In this document: positions 17,318 through 25,168 of the stretch, in pieces
Layout of the letters: each line of letters begins with the position of its first letter
Numbering within the stretch: the first letter of the stretch is position 1
From: a virus
Direction: 5' to 3' (one strand)
Length of the DNA stretch: 49,481 bases
IMG/VR virus record: IMGVR_UViG_3300045988_168456
Translations under genes and position numbers: made by a program
Notes under the pieces: generated by a model
Databases searched by the model: none
Seen by the model: the letters and a program-made list of their open reading frames with translations, nothing else
Told to the model about the DNA's origin: nothing

Positions 17318-17794
17318 ATGAGTGGCTTTGTATTAGATTATAGCAAAAAGCAAATATTACAGATAACAAATGATGCTTTTTACTATTTATATTATGGCGA
17401 AGAGCCGTTAGATGAAGACAATTTAGAAGAAGCCAATGAGGTATCTGAAATGTTTTCCAATAATTTTTATATTGAAGACGATTGGAAAATAGTTGATAAT
17501 TCAGACCTTATAGAATGCACATTTATTCCGTATATTGAAGACCGAGCTGATTATGATGAATATGAGGACCTTACCAAACATATTCAACAGCAAATAAAAT
17601 GGCTTGATGCAAATCATATTAGAGTATGGTGGTTTAACAACCAAACTGGAACGAGAGAATTACGCGGTGATTTTAAAGTTTACATTGATAAGTATGGGTA
17701 TAAATGTTTTCACACTGGTAATCAAGATGAAAGTTTTATAACAGGAAAAATGAGTTTATATTTTTTGAAGAATTTTAAAAAGCATATAGCTTAA
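17318..17794 (+). CDS. Acidic hypothetical protein
   Basis: 158-aa ORF with an ATG start, preceded by ataaacaagagaata, which also precedes ATG 14128. Confidence 0.55.
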   Translation: MSGFVLDYSKKQILQITNDAFYYLYYGEEPLDEDNLEEANEVSEMFSNNFYIEDDWKIVDNSDLIECTFIPYIEDRADYDEYEDLTKHIQQQIKWLDANHIRVWWFNNQTGTRELRGDFKVYIDKYGYKCFHTGNQDESFITGKMSLYFLKNFKKHIA

Positions 17795-17816
17795 CAAGTA
17801 AACAGGAGAAATATAA

Positions 17817-17846
17817 AGCAGACTACAGAAAAGTAGTCTGCTTTTT
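17817..17846. terminator. Bidirectional intrinsic terminator between convergent genes
   Basis: agcagactac (17817-17826), loop agaaaa, gtagtctgct (17833-17842). A perfect 10-bp stem flanked by an A-run and a T-run. Sits between 17318..17794 (+) and 17845..18567 (-). Confidence 0.8.
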
Positions 17847-18567
17847 ACATTAAGTTTTCATCTTCTTCTACAACAAGAGAATAGCCAATTCCTCGTATAG
17901 TTTCTATTACTATTCTACTATCCATTTTAAGCATATTTCGCAGCATACATATATGGACATCTAAGCTACGTTTATTAAAGTAGTTATCATCAGTCCATAT
18001 TTGTTGCATGAGTATTTTCTTAGGTAACGTTTCATTTTTATAAGCACACAATAAAGCAAGAACTTGACTTTGTTTATTATTAAGCTGTGTTTTTACATTG
18101 CCTATAGTAAGAATTTTGTTTATAGTATTAAACATATAATCACCTATCTTATAAGATGGCTCTATACCTCTCACTTGCACACCACATCTTTTTAGAACAG
18201 CTTTTATTCTTCTTATAAGTTCTTCAATATTGTATGGCCTTATAATATAATCATCTACACCTTCATCAAACGCTTCAATAACATACTCATATCGAGCTTT
18301 ATCTGATACCATTATTATAGGTATTTTATTATCCGATTTGCGTAAAAATTTTAGCGGCTTTAACATCATAGAGGTATCTGTTGTTTTATAATGGCTTAGT
18401 ATACATAAATCATAGTTTTTTTCTTTGATTTTATCCAATATATTATTCTCAGTTGATGTTATTACTTGAAAGCCGTTATACACCAAGTAATCTACCATAA
18501 TTTTACAATCTTCATCTTGGTATATTAAAATTCTCGGTAATGCTAATTTTGTATTATTATCTTTCAT
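17845..18567 (-). CDS. Atypical OmpR/PhoB-family response regulator (receiver plus winged-helix domain; phospho-acceptor Asp replaced by Ser)
   Basis: Receiver-like RILIYQDED...YDLCILSH...IPIIMVSD...GVDDYIIRPY. C-terminal trans_reg_C pattern LNNKQSQVLALL...RSLDVHICMLRNML...IETIRGIGYSL. Confidence 0.85.
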   Translation of the reverse strand: MKDNNTKLALPRILIYQDEDCKIMVDYLVYNGFQVITSTENNILDKIKEKNYDLCILSHYKTTDTSMMLKPLKFLRKSDNKIPIIMVSDKARYEYVIEAFDEGVDDYIIRPYNIEELIRRIKAVLKRCGVQVRGIEPSYKIGDYMFNTINKILTIGNVKTQLNNKQSQVLALLCAYKNETLPKKILMQQIWTDDNYFNKRSLDVHICMLRNMLKMDSRIVIETIRGIGYSLVVEEDENLM

Positions 18568-19442
18568 ACCATTTTTTTAATTTCATTTTGCAAATTGTTA
18601 TATAAAACTTCATACCAAAATGGATTAAGTCTTAACAAATCAAAATATGAATATACACCTTTTTGGTATATTAAAGAAGCATATTTAAGCTCTTTATCCG
18701 TTCTCTTTTTGAGATGTTCATGGTAGAACTTTATAGATTGGTCCACATTTATTAAGAATGGTGATTTATGTTCCATAAGAACTTTTTGTTCTGTATTTTG
18801 AACAAAATAATATGGAATATTTGGCATTGCCCAAAAAGTCAGTTCAGCCCCATATTCTTTACTTGCTTTATATAAAAAGCCAGGGCATGTACGAATTGAA
18901 TCTGGATATAAGTTTTTACATATTCTTAATCTACGTGGAATAAAAGGATTAAGTAAAGTAGTTAATCGCTTATTTATATAAGTTGAATACTTATCAATCA
19001 TTCTTGTGTGTTCTTTAACAAGCGATGAAACTAATAGTTTAATCCTTTCATTTCCTATAGGGTCGCTTAGGCGTATATATTCTTGCCTGAAAGCTTCACG
19101 TTGAATCCGTATTCTATCTTCTTTAAGACGCTGAGACTTTTTCGTTTTAGCTTCTATACTAGCAATAGCAGCTCTGTGCTGTCCTTCTGGTCCAAATAAT
19201 TTTACGCCTCTACAGCTATTTGGGCCCAAACCAGTCCATGACATTTTATCTCCATATCTAGCCTCAATCTCTCTATTTTCCTGTTCTTCTTCAGATAATT
19301 CAACATGCTCTTCTTCTATAGCAATCTTTTCAATTGCTTCAGATTGAGCTTCTTGAATATCCTCATCATCACTTTTAATTTCATCGAGAAATTCAAAGAG
19401 TTCCTTTTCTGTTAAGTCTCCATACTGCTTAATATCTTCCAT
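18564..19442 (-). CDS. Hypothetical protein with a very acidic N-terminus, translationally coupled to the response regulator
   Basis: 292-aa ORF. Its stop overlaps the regulator ATG (ATGA at 18564-18567). No motif recognised. Confidence 0.6.
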   Translation of the reverse strand: MEDIKQYGDLTEKELFEFLDEIKSDDEDIQEAQSEAIEKIAIEEEHVELSEEEQENREIEARYGDKMSWTGLGPNSCRGVKLFGPEGQHRAAIASIEAKTKKSQRLKEDRIRIQREAFRQEYIRLSDPIGNERIKLLVSSLVKEHTRMIDKYSTYINKRLTTLLNPFIPRRLRICKNLYPDSIRTCPGFLYKASKEYGAELTFWAMPNIPYYFVQNTEQKVLMEHKSPFLINVDQSIKFYHEHLKKRTDKELKYASLIYQKGVYSYFDLLRLNPFWYEVLYNNLQNEIKKMV

Positions 19443-19620
19443 ACCATTTAAATAGTGACTTGATTATATCTTTTCCAGCTTGCTTATTAAGCAATCCAAA
19501 ATATGCAATCGCAAGCGTGAGTCTTGCTATTTTATGTAATATCCAGGCTAATAGATATATAGGGAAATAAAGTACACCTATATATCTCCATAAAAATTTA
19601 AGTACCTTTTTCATTTCCAT
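19429..19620 (-). CDS. Small membrane protein
   Basis: 63-aa ORF with hydrophobic IGVLYFPIYLLAWIL and LTLAIAYFGLL. Overlaps the next gene by 14 nt. Confidence 0.5.
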   Translation of the reverse strand: MEMKKVLKFLWRYIGVLYFPIYLLAWILHKIARLTLAIAYFGLLNKQAGKDIIKSLFKWYGRY

Positions 19621-19727
19621 AATCCTTTTTTATATAAAAACTTTCCTGCATTCATACCCAAGCTAAACATTCCTGAGCCAAAAAGAACCAATGCTAATAT
19701 CTCATGCAATGTTATTTCCATAACTTT

Positions 19728-19916
19728 TTATTTTATTACAGTTTGTTGACTTATAACTTCTTTTATAGGGCTTTTTATTTCTTGTATGTTACTTAACATG
19801 TTCGCTATACTAAATGGAGGACATGCCATATAAACATCAGCCAATGCATCAACTAACTCATCTTTGCTTAGTTTCTGCAAATTGCTCTTTATTATCTCTC
19901 TTATCGGATTGTTCAT
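19728..19916 (-). CDS. Small hypothetical protein
   Basis: 62-aa ORF with an ATG start. Overlaps the 3' end of 19858..20262. Confidence 0.4.
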   Translation of the reverse strand: MNNPIREIIKSNLQKLSKDELVDALADVYMACPPFSIANMLSNIQEIKSPIKEVISQQTVIK

Positions 19917-20262
19917 CTTTGATAATATCTTTTTGGCCTTCTTCTGCTTGCTTTAATTCAACATAAGTCCTATGAAAAGCTTCATCACCTATTCCTTTAA
20001 TAAAAGTTCTAAGTGTAGAAGGATATTCGCTTGTATTTATAGTCTTATCGACTACTTTCGCATAAAGAGCGGCAAGAGTTTTAGGCCCAAATACCTTTTT
20101 CTCCTGTAATCTTTCAATAGGGCCTCTTTTGAATTGAACATAAGGATTTTCATTCATAATTTTTGCACGTGTTAAATACAAATCTTCAATCAAGAATTTA
20201 ATATTCTTTTCAAATTGAGGCATTTGAATAACATCAATAACTTTTAATTCAGATACTTTCAT
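19858..20262 (-). CDS. Hypothetical protein
   Basis: 134-aa ORF with an ATG start. Confidence 0.5.
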   Translation of the reverse strand: MKVSELKVIDVIQMPQFEKNIKFLIEDLYLTRAKIMNENPYVQFKRGPIERLQEKKVFGPKTLAALYAKVVDKTINTSEYPSTLRTFIKGIGDEAFHRTYVELKQAEEGQKDIIKDEQSDKRDNKEQFAETKQR

Positions 20263-20295
20263 ACTGTTTAATTATTTGTTTTACATTTACCAAAT

Positions 20296-20538
20296 TCAAT
20301 TTTTCCCATGATTATTCCAAAGTTTAACTAATTGTTTTTCTGTATATGGTTCTTTTATACCCATATTTGCATTCACATACCATATTCCTATGGAATCAAT
20401 AAGTATGAATCTATTTACATCTATCCGGTATATCTCATTATCGGGGTATGCTTCCCTTACAGCAGTTGTACAGTCTCCATTTGTATAGCAGCTTGTTAGT
20501 ATAAGCGATACTAATAAAAGCAATAAAAATTTCTTCAT
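20296..20538 (-). CDS. Small lipoprotein (80 aa from ATG 20538)
   Basis: MKKFLLLLLVSLILTSC is a signal peptide with a canonical L-T-S-C lipobox. The ATG lies 2 nt after the upstream TAA. Confidence 0.6.
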   Translation of the reverse strand: MKKFLLLLLVSLILTSCYTNGDCTTAVREAYPDNEIYRIDVNRFILIDSIGIWYVNANMGIKEPYTEKQLVKLWNNHGKN

Positions 20539-20540
20539 AT

Positions 20541-20921
20541 TTACTCCTCCCACTCGATTTTAATTGTACCTAAATACGATGGTGGACAATTACTTACGGC
20601 TTCTTCTCTGTTAGGAAATACTCCAACAGTTAATGTATCTCCATTATTATTTTTGCACAAGTTAACCCACCCCTCTTTCTTTTCGGGGAGCATCATAAGG
20701 TCAGTACCCTGTGTTTCATAAATTCTGGCTTTTCCATCTTTATCACATGCACTAATCATTTCTTCACCATTCTCACATTCTATAAGAGCAACAATGGGAT
20801 ATTCCCAGTTTCTATCAAAGCAAATAATCCTTGCCTTTCTACCATCTCTCGTGCAGACTGGTTTGCCTGCTTTGGCTGCTTCAAGGTCAAAGGGTCTTAG
20901 ATTTAATTTCTTTTCTTTCAT
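20541..20921 (-). CDS. Hypothetical protein (conserved phage-type N-terminus LRPFDLEAAKAGKPVCTRDGRKARI)
   Basis: The track ORF starts at TTG 20942. The first ATG is at 20921 (MKEKKLNLRPF). Confidence 0.55.
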   Translation of the reverse strand: MKEKKLNLRPFDLEAAKAGKPVCTRDGRKARIICFDRNWEYPIVALIECENGEEMISACDKDGKARIYETQGTDLMMLPEKKEGWVNLCKNNNGDTLTVGVFPNREEAVSNCPPSYLGTIKIEWEE

Positions 20922-20948
20922 ATTTCTTACAAAAATTATCAATGTTAA

Positions 20949-21602
20949 TTATTCTTTTTTCATGCTAAAGTGTTTTTCATATATATGTAAGTCATGCGCA
21001 AAGTGGTAATATGTGCCTATTGGTACACCGAGCTCATCTGCAACTAATTGTTGAAGCTTTGTCCAACAATACTGGTCATTGCAAAAACCATAAACCAAAT
21101 CATTGCTTCGCATAGTTACGCACATATCAAGAGTTCCTATTTGAGGCTTAATATCAAATCCGACTGATAACGTACAGGGTGTATCATACTTATAGTCATC
21201 TTTTTCTTTGCCATCAAATATAGTAAACCAAGCTTGGCGAGTATCTTTATTTTCTCTAAGCTGTTTAATACACTTTTCTAATTGATTATTACGAGTCCAT
21301 TGCCACCCATAATTAGAATTGACAATATTATTCCCATTATGCATTTTATCCCATATAGGAGCATATTTTTTAATTTCTTCAACGCTTCTATTACATGACA
21401 TATACCAAGCAAATTCTCGCTCTGCATATCGTTCGCTAAATTTACGCCATTTTGTTGTTATGATACGTTGCTGAGGATTAAGTAAATAAAAACCAACATT
21501 GTAAATAGCTTTTGTTCCAACATTAGTATTTACTCCTTTACTCATGATAAAAGCATATAGGTTTTCAAAAGCCTCGGTAGCATTTTTATAAATCGTGTTC
21601 AT
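20949..21602 (-). CDS. Thymidylate-synthase-family pyrimidine C5 transferase (ThyA versus dCMP/dUMP hydroxymethylase or methylase not resolved)
   Basis: NYGWQWTRN, DTRQAW, catalytic-type TPCTLSVGF, MRSNDLVYGFCND and HDLHIYEKH match ThyA-fold motifs. It is short at 217 aa. Confidence 0.8.
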   Translation of the reverse strand: MNTIYKNATEAFENLYAFIMSKGVNTNVGTKAIYNVGFYLLNPQQRIITTKWRKFSERYAEREFAWYMSCNRSVEEIKKYAPIWDKMHNGNNIVNSNYGWQWTRNNQLEKCIKQLRENKDTRQAWFTIFDGKEKDDYKYDTPCTLSVGFDIKPQIGTLDMCVTMRSNDLVYGFCNDQYCWTKLQQLVADELGVPIGTYYHFAHDLHIYEKHFSMKKE

Positions 21603-21760
21603 GCTTCTTCATGTTCATAAGTTAATACTAAAGTTGCTCCATAATCATACCAAAGAAGTTCTTCAAGCTCTTCTATAGTATTGCAATTGTATCTATACAT
21701 TTCAGCCTCTAAGTCATTAGGACTGTCTATTATTAGTGTATTTTCAGCTATAGTTGTCAT
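21599..21760 (-). CDS. Small acidic protein (53 aa; not in the ORF track)
   Basis: My translation is MTTIAENTLIIDSPNDLEAEMYRYNCNTIEELEELLWYDYGATLVLTYEHEEA. ATGA overlap with the ThyA-like start. Confidence 0.4.
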   Translation of the reverse strand: MTTIAENTLIIDSPNDLEAEMYRYNCNTIEELEELLWYDYGATLVLTYEHEEA

Positions 21761-21761
21761 A

Positions 21762-22223
21762 TTACTTGACTATTTTATTGGTATTACTGTTATAAACTCT
21801 AAATAACAATTCTTCAGCTTCCTCATTCATAGTATCACAAATGCTTATTGCTTCTTCCATAGATAAATCTGTAAGTTCTTCATTATTATCATTTACTGCA
21901 ATTTCGCCAGTTATAACTCTAACATCAAATGAGTTTGCAGAAGCAAAAGCCTTAGTAGCATCAAGAGCTTGTGTGCAAATACAATACACAGCATCCCAGT
22001 ATATAAAAGATAAAGTGCTTGTATGTTTTAATATACTTATATAAAACTCTCTTAGCTTCTCAGGTTTAAACCATCCTTGCTCATCCATCCGTCTATATTC
22101 AGCAAGCCATCTGCCATAACCATTATTCGCTTTGAATTTGTTAGCATAAACAGCTACAAACCTAAGAAACTGGTCTGTATAAATGACTTGAGGAATTTCT
22201 ATTGTTTTCTTTTTCGGTTTCAT
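21762..22223 (-). CDS. Hypothetical protein (153 aa from ATG 22223)
   Basis: The track ORF begins at GTG 22259. The internal ATG (MKPKKKTIEIPQ) overlaps the stop of the upstream small ORF (ATGA). Confidence 0.55.
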   Translation of the reverse strand: MKPKKKTIEIPQVIYTDQFLRFVAVYANKFKANNGYGRWLAEYRRMDEQGWFKPEKLREFYISILKHTSTLSFIYWDAVYCICTQALDATKAFASANSFDVRVITGEIAVNDNNEELTDLSMEEAISICDTMNEEAEELLFRVYNSNTNKIVK

Positions 22224-22396
22224 TTGCTGAATTTCTGTTTCAAATATGAAAAATTCCACATTATAGTTTCATATACTTCTTCAGACTCGCGTATTAGTAT
22301 TGCTCCACGACATATATCGGTCATATTTATTATGCCTCTATTGCGAAGCTTTACAAATTTGAAAAATTGCTCTTTTGTTATTTCTTCTGCTTTCAT
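22220..22396 (-). CDS. Small protein (58 aa; not in the ORF track)
   Basis: My translation is MKAEEITKEQFFKFVKLRNRGIINMTDICRGAILIRESEEVYETIMWNFSYLKQKFSK. The length is 177 nt and it is in frame at both ends. Confidence 0.45.
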   Translation of the reverse strand: MKAEEITKEQFFKFVKLRNRGIINMTDICRGAILIRESEEVYETIMWNFSYLKQKFSK

Positions 22397-22411
22397 AAGC
22401 TTAAAGTTTAT

Positions 22412-22496
22412 ATTCTCGCGCGTTCTAGAGCCCGCTTATTATTCCATTATTATTCAATCATCTATGTACTTAAAGCGCGATATCGCGCGCGAGAAT
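22412..22496. repeat. Inverted ATTCTCGCGCG / CGCGCGAGAAT pair enclosing a GCGCGATATCGCGC palindrome
   Basis: Arms at 22412-22422 and 22486-22496. 14-bp palindrome at 22475-22488. Intergenic, between the dut stop (22514) and the next ATG (22396). Confidence 0.85.
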
Positions 22497-22513
22497 AATG
22501 TGAAAATCAATCC

Positions 22514-23008
22514 TTAGTATGACCCAGTAGACCCGAGTGCTCCATCACCACGCTCAGATGGACGACTGAAAAGCTCTGATTCAGGAACTTCTTCAAGGTC
22601 TTCGTACGATACAGGTACGAGAATAAATTGTGCTATTTTCATACCCGGTTTGATAAGCACTTTAGCTCTACCTATATTTATAAGATGTATATGAATTTCA
22701 CCTTGGTAATCTTCATCTACAATCTTTGCTCCAAGGATAACAATACTCTCAAATGCTTCTGGCTTTGGCGTTCTATTAGCTCCAAGGCAAGCCCATTTAG
22801 AAGTTACAACTCCTGATTTATCAGAAGCCATGAGCATATATCCTTCTGGAATTTCCATCTTAATGCCAGACGGTATTAAAATGTCAGTTCCTGGATTTAG
22901 TATAAAACCTTTATTATCACCAAAATTAGGAACAAAAAAATCAATTCCTGCAGCTTTACCTGTTCCTCTCATTGGAGACTTTACATCTCTTACTTTCGAA
23001 TATTTCAT
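22514..23008 (-). CDS. dut: Trimeric dUTPase-family protein
   Basis: AAGIDFF (motif 1), IVDEDYQGEIHI (motif 3), KIAQFIL (motif 4), RGDGALGSTGSY (motif 5). Confidence 0.85.
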   Translation of the reverse strand: MKYSKVRDVKSPMRGTGKAAGIDFFVPNFGDNKGFILNPGTDILIPSGIKMEIPEGYMLMASDKSGVVTSKWACLGANRTPKPEAFESIVILGAKIVDEDYQGEIHIHLINIGRAKVLIKPGMKIAQFILVPVSYEDLEEVPESELFSRPSERGDGALGSTGSY

Positions 23009-23010
23009 AT

Positions 23011-23481
23011 TTACTTATGATTTATAGTTAAAATGTGAATAAGATTTTGTATATACTTGTAGTCTTTGACTCTGCCGAGTTTCATTTTGTCTATAAGCGC
23101 ATATTCTACTTTTTGCACACCTATTATATGATGCTTCGCATGTTTCTTATCTTGCAATGAAAGTCTTACTTCCATATCAAGAATAGTATCATAGTCTTGT
23201 GTATTGTCTACTATGGCATTGATTTTAATGCCATCTATAAAGAAAGAATAGCATAGGCTTTCATAGTTATCATTCTTAAGACCTGCTAAAAACTAAAGTT
23301 CTGAAAGCTTATTTCTCTGTTCTTCTGTCAGGTGAAAGACTTTTATGTCTACATCTTGCGGGGCAAAATTAGACGGAACTCCAAGTAAGGCTAAAGCAAC
23401 TGTGCCTGTTACCATATACTCGATTTTGTTTGCAGCACAAAACTCATTAAGCTTAAACAATATTTCTGTATTTACGTTCAT
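23011..23481 (-). CDS. Nucleotidyltransferase-fold protein interrupted by one in-frame TAG (62 codons, TAG, 93 codons)
   Basis: The track ORF 23293..23481 contains VTGTVALALLG...QDVDIKV. The same frame stays open after TAG (23295-23293) down to TAA at 23013-23011, 2 nt before the dut ATG. I verified this codon by codon. Confidence 0.6.
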
Positions 23482-23500
23482 AACTATTATATTTTAAAAG

Positions 23501-24313
23501 TTAATACAAATCATCATCTTCAATTGGCTTGTTCACTTTAGGAGCCTTTATGTCTCTTGGTTTACGTTTTAATACCCAAAGAGTATTACGTGAAGCATCA
23601 GGGAACATAGGCGCCATGATATTAGCAATAAGGTTTGAATCATAATACTCTTTAAGAGCATCAAACATTTTTTTCTGCCAATCATTCATCAATGGCTTAT
23701 AGTCTTTGACTGAAGCAAATGTACCAAATTTCTTTACAATATCAAAGTGACATTTCAATATGCCTTCAAGTTCCCAATGGTCAAACTCTTGTACATCAAC
23801 TCCGCGGCCATCACCTGAATCATAAGTATGATTACCTGCCGCTCCAACTGATGGGTCATAATTCGGAGTTGAAAGATAATAAGTAGCATTGTTATTACCA
23901 CAGACCTTAAAGTTCTCAAGAAACTTATGAGCATTTTGTTTGCCTACGTGTTCAAGCACTTCAAACGCGCAAACCTTATCAGCATTAAACTGACTAAAAT
24001 CCATATAGTTTTTAACAAGGTCTGCTACATAAAAATGAGCCCAAGGCACATTAGCGTATTTCTCAGCCGCTTCTTGAATTGTTTTCTCGCGAATGTCAAT
24101 ACCGATATACTCTTTCTGCTTAAACTTGTTCCTGTATAATACCTCGAGCAAATTAGCAGCTCCACAACCAAAATCAACAATAGATTCACCAATCTTGGCT
24201 TCTTTCAGAATATGAGTCCATCGTAAATAATGTGCGAATTGGTCTCTGTGAAATACATGACGTTCAAATGCTTGGTCTGGCCTGAGGTCTGTTGTATTAT
24301 AAACTTTTGCCAT
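23501..24313 (-). CDS. Class I SAM-dependent methyltransferase
   Basis: Motif I IVDFGCGAANLL, and the later CAFEVLEHV typical of Methyltransf_11/23-type enzymes. No DPPY/NPPY DNA amino-methyltransferase motif seen. Confidence 0.8.
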   Translation of the reverse strand: MAKVYNTTDLRPDQAFERHVFHRDQFAHYLRWTHILKEAKIGESIVDFGCGAANLLEVLYRNKFKQKEYIGIDIREKTIQEAAEKYANVPWAHFYVADLVKNYMDFSQFNADKVCAFEVLEHVGKQNAHKFLENFKVCGNNNATYYLSTPNYDPSVGAAGNHTYDSGDGRGVDVQEFDHWELEGILKCHFDIVKKFGTFASVKDYKPLMNDWQKKMFDALKEYYDSNLIANIMAPMFPDASRNTLWVLKRKPRDIKAPKVNKPIEDDDLY

Positions 24314-24323
24314 GATTAAAAAA

Positions 24324-24638
24324 TTATTTATTCGTTAAAGTAACTTTTATTTGTTGAAAGTATCTTTCATTCTCTTCCAAATATTCATTCATAGAGCCTA
24401 TGTAAGCTACTGCATCAAGAAGATTATCTTCTTTGTGGCTATATGCTTCACGTGATAGTTTAAGAGCTATCATAGCTCTATACATACCAGCAGTTGTTAT
24501 TTGCTGGTCTTTAGGTGACATCAAGTTATAAAGAGCAGCAGCTCTTTCCATTGACTCCTTAAATGGTCCATATTGGCGCTCTTTTTCCTCCGAACGCTCA
24601 TTCACGATTTGGTCTGCTTTTTTCAAAATATTACTCAT
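24324..24638 (-). CDS. Hypothetical phage protein (DUF6378-like pattern)
   Basis: ADQIVNERSEEKERQYGPF...MIALKLSRE...HKEDNLLDAVAYIG resembles that family from memory. Not verified. Confidence 0.4.
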   Translation of the reverse strand: MSNILKKADQIVNERSEEKERQYGPFKESMERAAALYNLMSPKDQQITTAGMYRAMIALKLSREAYSHKEDNLLDAVAYIGSMNEYLEENERYFQQIKVTLTNK

Positions 24639-24826
24639 TGTTTAAAACTATTTATTATTTTGTCTTTTAAATCTGGATTATCTTCAAGCATTTCTACAAA
24701 GAGGTCTGCTGCAACATTTATATTAAACTGCCTCATGTCATCATGTTCTTGAAAATACCTAAGAAAAATTAGTATTTCTTTAAGCATTTCATTATTTTCT
24801 TTTAACAGTTTAAATATTTCATTCAT
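24635..24826 (-). CDS. Small hypothetical protein
   Basis: 63-aa ORF with overlap coupling on both sides. Confidence 0.45.
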   Translation of the reverse strand: MNEIFKLLKENNEMLKEILIFLRYFQEHDDMRQFNINVAADLFVEMLEDNPDLKDKIINSFKQ

Positions 24827-25065
24827 TACAGCATTGATTTTAGTTCTTCTTTTAATTTTTTGGCATCAGCGCCTCTAAATGTTTGAGCATTTGCTAAAAA
24901 GTATCTAACAATATCTCCTGCAGTATCATAAAGATATATAGCATTCGGGTCTGAAGTATCAAGCGTTAGCATCGCTTCTAAATAAGGCACTGCACCAAAA
25001 TATACATTAAGCCATGTTGACTTTATATCTTTTGCTATTTGCTGAAATGTTCTTTTTTTATTCAT
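24826..25065 (-). CDS. Small hypothetical protein; first gene of the nucleotide-metabolism operon
   Basis: 79-aa ORF with an ATG start, preceded by a promoter-like element. Confidence 0.5.
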   Translation of the reverse strand: MNKKRTFQQIAKDIKSTWLNVYFGAVPYLEAMLTLDTSDPNAIYLYDTAGDIVRYFLANAQTFRGADAKKLKEELKSML

Positions 25066-25100
25066 ATTATTATATTATTTCAAATGTGAATATACTAATT

Positions 25101-25130
25101 TTTTCGAGAACAAAAAATTTTTTTTCTATA
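25101..25130 (-). promoter_or_regulatory. Conserved promoter-associated element TTCGAGAACAAAAAATTTTTTTTCTAT
   Basis: Near-identical architecture to 34868-34895 (TTCTCGAAAGAAAGAAATTTTTTTCTAT). Lies in the 103-nt gap upstream of ATG 25065. Confidence 0.5.
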
Positions 25131-25168
25131 TTTCATATTCATTTAATACTTTTTAACTTAGCCAAATT

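Noticed and set aside
22077-22517. 146-aa plus-strand ORF spanning 22.1-22.5 kb.
   Set aside because: It runs antisense across two tightly coupled minus-strand genes and the inverted-repeat locus. Its open frame results from the AT-rich antisense strand.
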